DNA of 64,000 nucleotides. Origin: the human T2T-CHM13v2.0 reference genome, Homo sapiens. Location: the NCBI RefSeq assembly GCF_009914755.1, contig NC_060935.1; one strand, 5' to 3'. The notes below the pieces were generated by a model. That model saw only the letters and a list, made by a program, of their open reading frames with translations, had not been told where the DNA came from and did no database searches. This document shows, piece by piece, positions 13,401 through 26,040 of this stretch. The number at the start of each line of letters is the position of its first letter. Position 1 is the stretch's first letter. Made by a program: the position numbers and the translations under genes.

Positions 13401-14264
13401 CTAGAATCAAAGACCTAGCTTGAAAAAGAAGAGCCTACTTGGGAGATTAAGTGACTTGTCAAAGGCCACAGAGCTAATTATAGTTTGGCTTGGAGAAAAG
13501 GTCTCTTGGCTTCTGACAGAGAACCTGCTCATTCTATCTCCACAGAAACATTGGAAGAAAAAGCTTACTAAAGCCACAGGGAAAGCAAGATTGATCTAGA
13601 AGATTTTCATAATTAAAAATAAGTTTATGGGAGTATGATGGAACAATGCCATGCTTTCTAAAATAGATCAATGCCATCATTTTTCCTGGAGACTATTTTA
13701 GGAGGAGGAACAGGAAAGTTAAAAAAAAAATTATGGGAGGAGGAGGGTCAGGAAGTTTGAACAGAGGAGTATTCATCCTGACACACCTAACATCGCCTCA
13801 ATGCTTAAAATCACTTTATACAGTTATTTTTCCAAATTAAAGGTTTGATTTCATTAGGAATATTCTTGAAATGTCAGCCTTCATCTTACCTGCCCATCAC
13901 AGATGGTTCACAGCCCTGTCTCATTCCCACAAGCAGAGCCCAACCTTACCAGCCAGCAGAAGAAAACAGTGCTCTTTCTTGTATCACACGCCCTAAGGCA
14001 GTGAAAATGAATCATGCCTTTACATCAGTGTCCTACAATGCTTTCTGAAGGGGTCACTTCTTTACCTCTTTCTTAAGTCCATGGAGCTGCACTCTGTAGT
14101 AATTATCCACTTACATGCTCTACTATGAGTGAGAAGCAGAAGGAAGGTTCTTGTCCATCTTTGTATTCCCAGCCCTTAATACAGAACCTGAAACAAGATA
14201 GTCACACTCTAAATGTTGGTTGACCAATATGATGGCAACTGCTTACATCTGCACAGCAATTGAG

Positions 14265-14540
14265 TAATTCATTCATTTATTTGTTTATTCAAATATACAT
14301 CCCCAGAGTACTCTAGTACTGGGATGACTACAGGGATTATGGCACATCCCTACCCTTGAGGGGCATGTAAAATCTTTCATTGAGACAATTTTAAAAGCAA
14401 TTCCAATAGAGAGTACAAAGTGCTGTGATAATAAAAGTGCAGGGGTCTCTATGTGGGAGGACACAGAGAGGTACACAGCTCACTCTTAGGGACAAGGAAG
14501 TCTTCTCTGAGGAAGTCATAACTAATCTAAGACACAAAAG
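14265..14540 (-). mobile_element. L2 3' fragment
   Basis: 'attcattcatttatttgtttattcaaatatacat...gaagtcttctctgaggaagt'. Confidence 0.7.
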
Positions 14541-14544
14541 ACTG

Positions 14545-14710
14545 GGAAGGAAAGGAAAGGAAAGGAAAGGAAAGGAAAGGAAAGGAAAGGAAAGGAAAGG
14601 AAAAAGAAGAAGAAGGAGAAGCAGAAGCAGAAGAAGAAGAAAGAGGAGGAGGAGGTCTAGGAGAGGAAGGAAGGAAGGAAAGAAGGAAGGAAGGAAGAGA
14701 AGTAAGGAAA
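14545..14710. repeat. (GGAAA)11 pentanucleotide repeat plus GA-rich purine tract
   Basis: GGAAA x11 at 14549-14603, then GAA/GAG/GGAA runs. Confidence 0.95.
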
Positions 14711-14809
14711 AGTGCATAGTGATTACTAGTAGCAAGATAGTAAAAAAGATATTACAGGTGTTACAGGTAAAGGTGGGAAGGCGAGAGTGCAACACATTCA
14801 GGAATTGCA

Positions 14810-15035
14810 TGGCCTTCCATTTTCAAAAGGACTTTCATTCCCATGAGCTCATTTGACCCTCATAGTCACTTTCTGGGATAGACAGTGTTTTTCGAGGGGA
14901 GGGCTGAGTTAATTGTTATGTCTACTTTACAAGTGAGGAAAGAAAGACCCAGACTCTGAGAGTTTAAATAACTAGTTCAGGTCACACTTGCCAGGGTCTT
15001 CTGGCTCCAATCTCTGTGCTCACTCTACCATATCA
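14810..15035 (-). mobile_element. MIR SINE
   Basis: 'ctcatttgaccctcatag...actttacaagtgaggaaa...gtttaaataactagttcaggtcacac'. Confidence 0.6.
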
Positions 15036-15629
15036 CAGTGAAAATCATTTAGGCCTTACTTGATTCCTGAGGTCTGTGATTTCTGAGTGATCTAATTCAG
15101 GGCTGCAGGTTGGCCCCTGGGCTTGAAGGGCATGCTGTCTCCACGCTGGGTATAGTGGTGACCTCGCTCAGCTCTGTGGCCTCTGGCCTTTGCCTAAGCA
15201 CACAGATGCCCAGAGGCTTTAACTTCAAAGACATGCCAAGCCAACCCCTAGAGCCTTCAGCTCCCTGTGGCTTCTTCTGGAATCCACACTCTTTGTGCCA
15301 GAAACTCCAACTGCCAACTAAGGAACAACTTGCTCCTGAGCCTGTGCTAATGCACTCTCAGTAAAGGCCCTTGGGGAGCAAGGATTGACTGGGCAGATCA
15401 CCTATGCTGAGCTGTCCCCTCAGCCCACCCCTAAATGGACACCAAATTGCACCAAAGGCACAGTCCTTCTGGGACAGGGATGGTCACCTGAATTTCAGTA
15501 CTTCTTCCTCTCTCACCTTATGCATTCAGCCAGCCCCTACATCCAGAGAACTTGCCTCTGAAATTCCTGTAGAGTCTATAACCTGCCATTCATAACTGCC
15601 ATGTGTTCAAAGCATGCCCAACCAATTCC

Positions 15630-15855
15630 ATTCACTACATGGCAGACACTGTTCTAATTGCTCTATGTAGATTAACTTGTTTAATTTTCACAACAACCCT
15701 ATAAAGTAGGTAATATTACTATTCTCATTTTACTGACCAGAAAACTGTATCAGAGAAAGGTTAGGCAATCTTCCAAAAATTGAACAGCTTAATGCATGAA
15801 ACACTTGGGTTATGAAGCCAAGCGGCCTGACTCCAAAAGACACATCTTTAACAGC
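15630..15855 (-). mobile_element. MIR SINE
   Basis: 'ggcagacactgttcta...cacaacaaccctataaagtagg...ctcattttactgaccagaaaactg'. Confidence 0.8.
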
Positions 15856-16640
15856 TAGGTTATATGTCATGTCATAGATGGAGCAGCTGAAAGAAGGGGA
15901 GATGGAGCTTGCAGATGGACTCTCATATACCTCCTTGCGTGCTCTCACACCATCACCTCTGCCTATAATGCCCTTCCTCGCTCTATCATCTTTCCATTCT
16001 CTTTGTCCTGTTGACAAAACTAAATTCAACTCATTTATATGGCAACAAGTAAGTGTACTCTCCCTGTTGGGAGACTTCTTCTACTTCCCAACAGACACCA
16101 AATCAGGCTGAATTCATTACTCCTTAATCAGTGTCCCCATAGCTATATAGTAATGATGTCATTATGAGCCTGACCCCTCATACCCCCAAAAGCCATTATT
16201 TTCTTCATTTTGTACCCCTTCTACAGAGCACAAAGCCTGGCATATGCTGAGAACCTCACAAATGTTGAGTTGATCAAACAGAAACATGCAAAAGCTGCCA
16301 GGAAAAGAGGGTTTACATTTGTACCTCGACCAAAGCAGTGAGAAAAGCAGCAGATGAAAGCTGCCCCAAGCCATAATTAACTTAATAGAAGTAAAATCTA
16401 AAGGTAGAGTAAGCCAGCAGGAGGTGCTGAGTCCCTCATCACTGACAGTCTTCAAGTAGGTCTAGGCGGTGCATAAAGAAGAGGTTATGAAGGGGATTAC
16501 AGGTTTAGCTGGGAGCTAGATAAGGTTCTGAATAGAGACTGTGATTTCCACTGCCAAGGTCCCAGGAGGCTTGCCTGGACTAGCACAATAGTCTCCTAAC
16601 TAGTCTCACTGCCAAATCTGTTTCCATGCTAATGCCAATT

Positions 16641-16700
16641 CACACACACACACGTGCACACACATACACACACACTCATAAACACACACACATACACACG
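16641..16700. repeat. Imperfect (CA)n microsatellite within L2-like sequence
   Basis: Read directly from the sequence. Confidence 0.9.
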
Positions 16701-17791
16701 TGCCTGACACTTTCACTTTTTTATGAAAAACCACCTAAGCTCCCTCTTGCCCATAGCAGGTGTTCTCAAAACTGTTCTGTTTGGTCTTCTCTATAGTGTA
16801 ACTTAGTGGCTTCCCTGTGGAGTAGGAAGATGGGGCTGGGAAGACTCAACCAAAAGGTTGCTCTAAACCCTTCCCTGTGTGACCACAAAAGTAACCTTAT
16901 GTCTTGTATCTATGTTAAATATTGGGACTCTATGGGAAATTTTAGTTAGGAAAAAAAAGAGCTTTGCTAATTGAAAAAAAGTCTCAAAACCCCTGGCCTC
17001 TTGCATGAATCCAAATTACTGGGCACTGAAAACCCCACCTCTGCAGCCTGACATAGCCTTTCTTGGCTCTACACTCTCTGTGCCATGTTGGGTTTCTTAC
17101 TTTTGCCCCAAAATGCTCCTAAGGTTCACATGAAACCTGTGTTTCTGGATATGTTGGAGTTGGCAGGGATCCCTCCATCAATCATTTTCTTGTTTGGTGA
17201 AATATTCTTTTCTTTAAGGCCTCCATTCATTTCTCATGTCCCCTGTGAAGGCTCCTACATGATTTGCACTGATGTGGGTACTTAGCACAGGTTTAGCATG
17301 TGCTGACTTAGGCATCATTCCCCTGAAACCATGGGCTCTTCGTACCTCCAGTGCCGCTCACATCTTATGACACATAGTAGGGGCTTAATAAATGCTTATT
17401 AAGTTGACGACTATGCCAGAAAAAGGGTGAGGGATTACACAAAGTTATAAGAAAATCTCAGGGTAACTCTTCAGAAGCAAAAATAAAATAATAACATTTA
17501 ATAAAAGTGCCTGCTCAAGGCCTGCAGCCCAATTCCAGTTTTGCTCCAAATGTTGATGGCCTTGAGCTTTCTTGTGTGAAATTCAGGACAGGCTCCATAG
17601 GAGAGAACAGATGACGAGTAGGATTTGAGGAGCAGTTTTAGGTGGGGCTGTTTTCCAGAGCCTGCAATACCCTATTCCTGCATGTTTGTACCCTAACCTA
17701 AATCATACATTATCCTGGCTTTGTGCAGAATTAAAGGAGGTGAGAAAATATGTAGCCCTACGAGTAAAGGGAGAATACCAGGGAAATGATA

Positions 17792-17845
17792 AAAGATTCC
17801 AACCTGAGCCTCTTCCAACTCAGTGAGGCTCAGGTTGGAATCTTT
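17792..17845. other. Perfect 21-bp inverted repeat with 12-nt loop
   Basis: aaagattccaacctgagcctc (17792-17812) / gaggctcaggttggaatcttt (17825-17845). Confidence 0.95.
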
Positions 17846-18376
17846 GGAAACACAGTACCCAAGTGTTGCCATGCCTGGAGCAAAGGCGTTGGTGCCAATT
17901 CTCACCAGGTGAAAAATACCCACAGATCACAAGAAGAAAATGATGTCAGTTCTTCCAACTCTTCCAAGAATAAACTGGGCCCTTGGGCTGTATTTACTCT
18001 GTGAAACATGTATTTGTCTGAAGTCAGTACATATTAGGAAAAGTGTGGGATTACCCAGAAAAGCTTAATTTCATTTCCGCTCAGGAAGAATGCTTTCATT
18101 GTGAAAATTCAACAGGCAGTAAAGGAATTGTGAGAGTGTGTGTGTTTGTAGAGGTCAAGGAGAAAGTTTTGGCTGCATCTTTCCCGAATTGTTTTGTGAC
18201 ATCCAAATTTCTAGCAGCTAATATTTTAAAGTTATAGCATCAAGATTTCTAAGAGTTATTAATACCAGGAACTTTAATTTACAAAGGCCAAATCTCAAGC
18301 AACTCAAAAGATCTCACCTTCCCCCACAGTGGTTCAAAGACAAGACTAATGAGAGGAATTTTGATCCATTCAAGGC

Positions 18377-18892
18377 TGTAGTAGCCAGCCTCCAATACGG
18401 TGCCACATGATCCCTGTCTTCTGTTATTTCATCCCTTCAAGTAGTACCCTCCCACAGTGAATCAGGGTTGATCTGTGTGACAAAGAACAGTTTAGTATCC
18501 TCCACACTGGATTAGGACTTTCAGGAGTTATGTTATCAGAGGCATTGCAACTTCTAGACTAGGTGGATCCAGTCACCATGCTGCAAGTCACTGATGAACA
18601 CTGTGGAGAGACCCATGTGGAGAGGAACTGAGGACTGTCATCAACAGGCAGCACCAACTTGCCAGCCATGGGAGTGCACCATCTTGGAAGCAAATCCTCC
18701 AGCCCCAGTCAAGGCTTCAGATGACTGCAGCCCTGGCTTACTTCTGACTCAGTCTCATGTGAGACTCCACCAAGAACTGCCCAGACAAGTAGCTGCCAAA
18801 TTCCTGGCCACAGAACTGTGAAAATTAATTAATGTTTATTGTTAAGCCACTGAGTTTGGGGGGTAATTGGTTTCACAGCAATCAATAATACA
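18377..18892 (+). mobile_element. MLT1F-like MaLR solo LTR
   Basis: TGTAGTAGCCAGCCTCC...AATACA; flanked on both sides by 'caaggc' (18371-76, 18893-98). Confidence 0.88.
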
Positions 18893-19349
18893 CAAGGCAT
18901 TAAGTTATTCATTCATTTGTTGACTAAATATTTTTTTCAATATCTGCTCTGTACCAGGAGCCTGACTGATCCTACCATGAACTCTAATAAAGGGAGAATA
19001 AGAGAAGAGAAACAGAGCTTGTGACAACAGGTTACATATTGCCTTTTCTTGCAAACTGACTGGTCCTTAGGTTCACCCTGGACAGAGACTTGAAGTTTGA
19101 TTTCACCAGCAACTGAATTTACTCCTTGGGTACCTGTATTAGCTACAAGTGACAGATACTCAATCACTGTTTTGTTTTTTTTTTAAAGGGATTATCAGCT
19201 TATGTAAGTAAACAATACAGGTACTGCTTAAGTGATTTATATGTCTTACTTCATGTAATTCCCAAACTTCATAAAGGAAGTACTCACATGATCCCCACTT
19301 CACAGAATGGGAAAACTGGGGCACAGAGAAGTAAAATAATGGTTGAATT

Positions 19350-19776
19350 TAGGTGCTCAAATGATCATCCATAACCTCTTTCTCCAGCTCTTGGCTCTGT
19401 TTTTTCTTATTGGTTTCAGATGCAGACAGGTTTTCCCTAAGTGGTGGTAGGCAAGGCCCCCAGCAGCTCAAACTTACCAGCTTAGTACTCCCCAGAGAGA
19501 AAGTACATCTCCTTCCCAGTGGTTCCTGAAAATGTCCCTGGACTGGCACTCATTGGCTCTGATCATCCCAGTTTGCTCCCTGGCCTGCTGTGTCCTAGTT
19601 ACAGCCAGACTTCTGTCACATGTCCACCCAGGAGTGAGGTGATGGGGTAACTCCACCTGAACTTCACATACTCAGAGCAAGGGAGGGGTAGCTTTCCTAA
19701 AGGAAAATCCATATCTCATTGCCAAGATAAAGGAAGTTGAATGCTGTTGGCAGGCAAAAATAACTGATGTTCACCA
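19350..19776 (-). mobile_element. Old MaLR LTR (MLT1K-like)
   Basis: 'ctcttggctctg...cccccagcagctcaaacttac...aaggaaaatc...gcaggcaaaaataactgatgttcacca'. Confidence 0.65.
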
Positions 19777-19937
19777 GAGCGCCCTTCTCACTTTGTTGAC
19801 TGGAGTAGAGGGTGCTAGTGGGAGAGGGTAGGAAAGAAAACTAGTAAAGTCATTTTGGATCAGATGAAGCCTTCTGTTTATTCCTTCATTCCCTAAATGT
19901 TTATAAATAAGCTTTTGCTAAGCCTTAGGGGTCAATG

Positions 19938-20648
19938 CAATGGTGTGCTGGAGGTGGGTTTCATTGACTTGTGAGAGCCAATTATTAACGTTTCAGAAAT
20001 TTTGCAGGATAGTATCAAACATAGCCATTTTCAGATTTATATGGGCCAGGAGCCTGTAATTCCAGCACTTTGGGAGGCTGAGGCTGGTAAGATTGTTTGA
20101 GCTTAGGAGTTCCAAACCAGCCTGGACAACATAAGACAATCAGGGATGAATTTATTTTTCTATTGATTATCTAGACTCAAGAAAGTGATGGAGAAAGTTA
20201 ATGATGCAAATGTATCCATTAACCATTACATTGTAAATGGCACAAAATATTGAACAAATATTCCTCCAGTATTTGCAAATGTCTGATTTAGCAAAGATGA
20301 CTCACATCTTTGATGATAAGTGAAGTTTCAGTGTTTCCCCTTTATATTATGTGCTGAAAGAAAATATCAACTGACACGTTGGAACTATACTTGTTCATCA
20401 GTTGCAACTATAGATTAGCAACAGACACAGGAGTTTGGCAAGAATTAACAAAAGCATTCTATAAGAATCAATTGGCTAAAGGAAGTTTACAAGAGTATTG
20501 TACTTTTTTATTATTTGTAAAGAGTGTGCTAAACATCTGTTATATCAATAAACTTTTTATAATTAAATAATGTATACATATACATGCATAAATTCCCTGC
20601 CCCTCCTCCTCCAGGGCACAAGTTATTCAGCATTTACCGGGGTGTTAC
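19938..20648. mobile_element. MER63-like hAT-Blackjack element containing a FLAM monomer (20043-20137)
   Basis: Start 'caatggtgtgctggag...gagagccaattattaacgtttcagaaattttgc'; end 'cagcatttaccgggg'; internal Alu monomer 'gcctgtaattccagcactttgggaggctgagg'. Confidence 0.72.
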
Positions 20649-21031
20649 TTTATAAAAGAGTAAATATGCAGTATTATATCAAGCTAAAAATTTTAGACTA
20701 TTTTGTAGTCAATGGAAGCCATTGGGGTTTTTTGAGCAGAGGCATGGCAAAATTAGATTAGCATTTTAGAAAGTTCACTCTAGCAGTGATATGGAGGATA
20801 GACTGAAGATAAAGTAGTTATGGAGGTCTCTTAGAAAGTCTATTCAAATTCAAATGCAATTAATAATATCCTTCAGCTAAGTGCTAGACTTTATGCTAAG
20901 AAATTTCATACCCTATTTATTTTACTCCTTATAGCAGCTCTATTGAGGTAGAGATCATCATGACAAAGGCAATGAGACTAGATATAAAGGTACAGATTTA
21001 AGAAGAAAACAGACTGACTAAGCAATGCTGA

Positions 21032-21400
21032 GTGTAGCCTAGGTGTAGACTTATTTAGCTGTCTGGCAACCAGTCTCTAGTGAACGACAACACTAGTGTC
21101 TTTTGAAAAGTCACCCCTCCCATTGCACCTATCTGCCTTGGCCACCCAAGGAAAAACCACATCACCCAAACTAAGCCAAACAGCCTGCCTTTCCTTGTAA
21201 GAAAATTAAAGAATGGGAAAATGGGTGGAGGGCATGTATTCCAGAGAAAGTACTTAGCATAGCTGGCTAAATCATTAGCTCTGCCTGCACCCAGAACAGC
21301 ACTGGTTTCTGTCCTCTTTCTAAACCTAGTTTCCAGCCTCCAATAAATAATCTTTTTACTGAAGTTTTCCAGAATTGGCTTCTATTGTTTGCAACCAGAA
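21032..21400 (+). mobile_element. Old MaLR LTR (MLT1L/M-like)
   Basis: 3' end 'aataaataatcttttt...ggcttctattgtttgcaaccagaaa'. Confidence 0.5.
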
Positions 21401-23774
21401 AAACTCCCACCACTACTGTGCCTAATTAGAAGAAAAGGCACAGGACTGGGTGATGTTTAAGGCTTAATGTTTAAGAAAGAAGACAGTAAATAGTCCCAAT
21501 TTTGTAATGCCACTGACACAAGTGATTACAATTTGTTCTGTAGGTCTCTTTTGCTCTGAAGAACAATCTCCATTTTAACATTTGTGTACGATGGGTTTCC
21601 TGAGCTCACATAAAAGGGAACCTCGGCTCCTTTATTTCTATCAGTTTCCCCACCAGCTGCACTGAGGTGCATATTAATGATGGCTTGGCAGACCCTGGTC
21701 TGTGAGGCTGAGAAGCATGAAAGACACACCTATGTGTGTGTGATCTGTGCTATCAAAGGCCACAGGAACATCAGTGGGAAGGAAAATTGACACAGTGACA
21801 GAATCCGCCCCTTATCAAACAGAAGGTCTTGACAAGTCCTCATTAGAGAGGTCTCTGTGTTTTGGACTGATTGAAATGTCTCAGTCTGCAAGGATCCTGA
21901 AGCAAAGGTCAAAGTGGCCTTGCAATTGGGCCTTCTAGCTTCTCTTTCTGTGGAGGGGATGAAGAGAGCCCTTAAAATCAGTCAGGACCAGACCCTGGGC
22001 TAGCAGGAGTGCTTAATCAGCTGCCCTAGGTCTCAGACAAGAAAATTCTGACTGTTACCAAGGAGGTATTAATGACGGATACCATAAAAGGCAGTGACCT
22101 CATAGCTCTCAACTTCTCTGTCAAACCCCTAGTTGGCAACAGATCAAGGAGGCAGGTTGCCACACTGATCACATCTGGCTGCGTCTATAAGAAAGATCAA
22201 AGTGGCAGGCCTGTAAGTCTGAGAGAGGCCCACTTGCCAGTTTCCATCTCAGCAGCCCACTGCCTGGCACCTGGAGGAGGCTCCACAAGGGTTTGTGGGT
22301 AAAAGGCGAGCAGTGGAAGAAGGAAAGGATCTGCTGCTGCTGCTCTGAGTCTGGGGGGGATTCTCTTTCTCATCATTGCAACTCCTGGGGCTTTGGTCCA
22401 GATGGGAGGAATTGCCTCCTGTTCCACTCCTGCCTCCTCACTCCCCAAATCCTGAGTAAGATTCAGATTCTTATGAAGGCAGATGGAGGCCTGGGACTCT
22501 TCTGACAACACTTCTTTTTATTCATCCTGGAGACCACTCGGAAGATAAGCATAGAAGAGCTCCAGCCTGGAACCCCTGCCTTAGCTATTCCAGCTTTGCC
22601 TGTAACAGAAGTTGCATCAGGCTTTAGTCTTTTCATTTGTTGAAAGGAAGCATGAGCCTAATTATTCTAAAGGGTCCTGTCCAACAGTAATCTTCCATGT
22701 GTTGGGCTAACAGAATCGCGTCTGTCACTGCTGAGTGTATCTTTACTTAAAACACAGATTCCCCAAATAGGGTTGCATGCCTTCTCTTCTTGACAACGGC
22801 CTTTCATGTTGTTACCATTATAACCTTCCACTGACATTATCAAAGTCCAGAAAGCAAAAGCCTGATGCCAGAGATAACAAGGCAAAAGAACCCACCCAAC
22901 AAGGCCCGAGTCACGGTCATGCACTGACAGCCACCCCAGCCACCGAGGCCAGGAATACAGTCTCTCAGTTAAGCCATTTCCTGGAGCGAAAACCAGCATT
23001 TTTCCACAGAGCCAACCATTCAAAGCTGCCCTCTCTGCCCTTTCAAATTTAATTTGTTTCAAATCTTGTAGGAGCTACAGAATTATTTCAGGATTGGAGT
23101 CAAGTGAAAACAGGTGTGCCACTCTTTCATCCGCCCCCCCCCCTCTTCAAAGGGGCCTGATTAGCCACCAGATTAATCGAGCTGGCCAATGGGGAGAGCG
23201 AAGCCCTGCAGCTTGCCTGAGCACCAGTCACTGGGATGCTGACCCAGAGTCTGGGGGTCCCAGTATAGGACCCCTGACCTGGTTAAACTTCTCATGCCCT
23301 ACCCAAGTGCCCATGCAGTGACAGGACTTGGCTATGACCTCATCCGCCCTGTGCCAATATCTTTCTCTGCCCTTGTGCAGGCCATTCTGGCCTTGAAAGC
23401 CAAGGCATGGTGATCCTGCCTTCCAAGATAAACCAGAGTTCTGCTCTTGGCTATCCCAGCATTTGCTTTGGCAGTTCCATTTAGGCTGACCTTCGTGATG
23501 TGTCAATATTTGGGGGGCTATGCATGGAAAACATTTGCAAAGTTTAAAATGAAATAGAAAAGTCGTATTCAAAGACAAAAGTTGGAGTTCAGCAAAAAGT
23601 CAAACCAAAGGGAAAAATTATTTTCACTGTGCAATCCCTGGAAGGGGAGCTGTTAGCACTCAGGGCCACTGTAAAGGGACATTTTTGCCCCAGATCCTGC
23701 TGGAGAGGACTGCAGGGCTCACACCTGGGATGGCTTTTCTCTTCTATCTGTACAAACCCCTTTGGTTTCTTCAT

Positions 23775-24855
23775 TTCTTCTCATGGCTAAATACCATCTT
23801 GATACTGACAACTCCCAGGCTTAAATCTCCAACTCATGCCCCTCTCTCTTGAACTTCAGGCTTATATATTAATTATTGATTTGTTATCCCTTCTCAGCAT
23901 CTAAAATATGCAAAACCATTCCATCCTAAATCTTGCTTTCCCTCAGTCTTCTCTGTGGCAGCACTGTCCTTTCCTTTGTTCAGGCCCAAAACCCTGGAGT
24001 CATCCTTGCCTCCTCTCTTTCCACACCCCACATGCAGTATCAGGGCATCTCATCTGTTCTACCTGCAGAACATGTCTCAAGTCCAACCACTTCTCACCAT
24101 TTCCATCACTATCACCCTGCTACAAATCACCACAATTTTCCGCCTAAAAAAAATGTAGTAGGCTCCTAGCTAGTCATCCTACTCCCACCCCACCCCTCTA
24201 CCCTGACCCTGGTTGCAAAGAGAATGAAAGTTATTCTTTTAAGATACAGTTAGGTTGTATCACCATCTGCTCAAAACCTTCCAGTAGTTTTCTGTCTCAT
24301 TAACAATAAAAGCCAAAGTCACCACAAGGGCCTTAAAGATCCTCCAATATCAGTTCCCTGTCCCACTTCCCACCAGTTAACCCCTGACCTCATCACCTGC
24401 TGTCTTCTCCTCACTCACTCTGCTCCAGCCACACTGGCCTTCCTGATGATCCTCAAGTTCAGCAACCATGCTCCCACCTCAGGACTTTGCTCCTGCTGTT
24501 CCCTCTATGTGCTGTTCCCCTTCCCCCAGGTATCTCTGTCTGCTTTGCTTCCTCAACTGCTTTAGCTCACTGCCAAGATTTGCTTTAACAGAGACAGCAT
24601 CTCCAACCACTACATAAAATAGTAATGGTCACACCTTCCTCTGCATCATAGCCCTCACTATGTTCCTCATCCTGTTTTATATTTTTATGTGACAATTATC
24701 TCCATCAGACTTATTATAGACACATGTATTTGTTTATTTTCTGTATCCCCCAACTACAGAATAAATTCCAGGGGGTTGAAACCTCATGTTGTTCACTGCT
24801 GTATCCCCAGAACCTAGACCAATGCCTCGTACCTGGTAGACATGAATATGTAATT
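23775..24855 (+). mobile_element. L2a LINE 3' region
   Basis: 'gtatcaccatctgctcaaaaccttccagt', 'tccagccacactggccttcctg', 'ttcactgctgtatccccagaacctag'. Confidence 0.9.
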
Positions 24856-25393
24856 TTTAAGATAATTAATACCCAGCAGCCTTCAAGTCTTCTGGCACCC
24901 TCAACTTTTCTTCGCATGATCACTCCAGGTTTAAGAGTGGAGCATGAGTCTCGGTGCTGATCAATTATAACACTTCGTGCCCCCCTCCACCACATACACA
25001 CACACATGCAAAGGAATTGGATCAGGGAGGATCACATAACTCACTTGGATCCAGTGAGACGCAAAGACATTTTCTCTGGCTTCTGCGAAAAGAATATTGC
25101 TCCTTCCCATTTAATTTAACATAGAAGGGACTGGATCTGCTATAGCCATTTGGACACTTTGAGAAGAGTCCAGGCAGCATTGGAGATGAATTGATGGGAA
25201 GCAGTTACCAATCTTAAGGACTATATGATTCCATTGACCATGACCTACACATTTCACATAGAGAGACTTGAACTTCAGAGAGAAAATGAGGAAAAATAAA
25301 TGAAGAAGCGCTTGTCCTTGCCCTTGTCCTCTTGCTGAGCCTTCCCACTTCCACCATTTAGAACTGTGATGACGCTTCAAGGTAGAGCAGGGA

Positions 25394-25560
25394 TGGTAAA
25401 CAGGTCATGTGCCATATCCGACTCTAACTGACAAGTTAGAATCTTGTACTAACTGGAGCTTAATACTGAGAAAGATTTAGAAACTGTGAACAGCTCAGCG
25501 GGGGAATGCACCATGATTGACTAGTAATGCCTGTTATAAGCACAAGACAGGGGAGGGATG
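25394..25560. mobile_element. MER102-like hAT fragment
   Basis: 'cagggatggtaaacagg...ctcagcgggggaatgcaccatgattgactagtaatg'. Confidence 0.55.
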
Positions 25561-25759
25561 TATTAATTTCTTTGTGCTTGGAAAAAGTATAAAATTGAGC
25601 TAATTTCAGGTACATGATATAAAATATATACATAATAGAGGATAGAGAAAAAAAAAGATGTGATTAGATGAGGAGGAAATCCAGTGATGGCTTCTGGAAG
25701 ATGAACCAAGAATGGAAGCCAGGAAATGCAGACAGTCCACCAACTTTTTAATCTAGAGC

Positions 25760-26040
25760 AGAGGGGCCATGTCATAGAGAGGTTCAAGATAAGGCTGGAG
25801 ATGTTCCACCAGGGACAGAATAATTGATGAGGGCCTTGAATGCTAGACTAAAAAAGGTGGATTGGATGCAGGCAGCAATAGGGAGTTTCTGTAGGGTTTG
25901 GAGCACATGAGGGTTGTAATAAGATAGATGTTTGAGGCAGATTATCCTGTCATTTGGATCCAGGATGAATTGAAGCCATGGGAATTGGTGGTAGGGAGGC
26001 TGGTTAGCATCCTGCAGCAATGAGTGCATTTCAAGGAAAT
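25760..26040 (-). mobile_element. L2 fragment
   Basis: 'agggccttgaatgctagactaa...gcaatagggag...tttggagca'. Confidence 0.6.

Noticed and set aside
14391-14856. 139-aa and 143-aa ORFs with R/K-rich or F/L-rich repeats
   Set aside because: Translation artefacts of the GGAAA/GA-rich microsatellite
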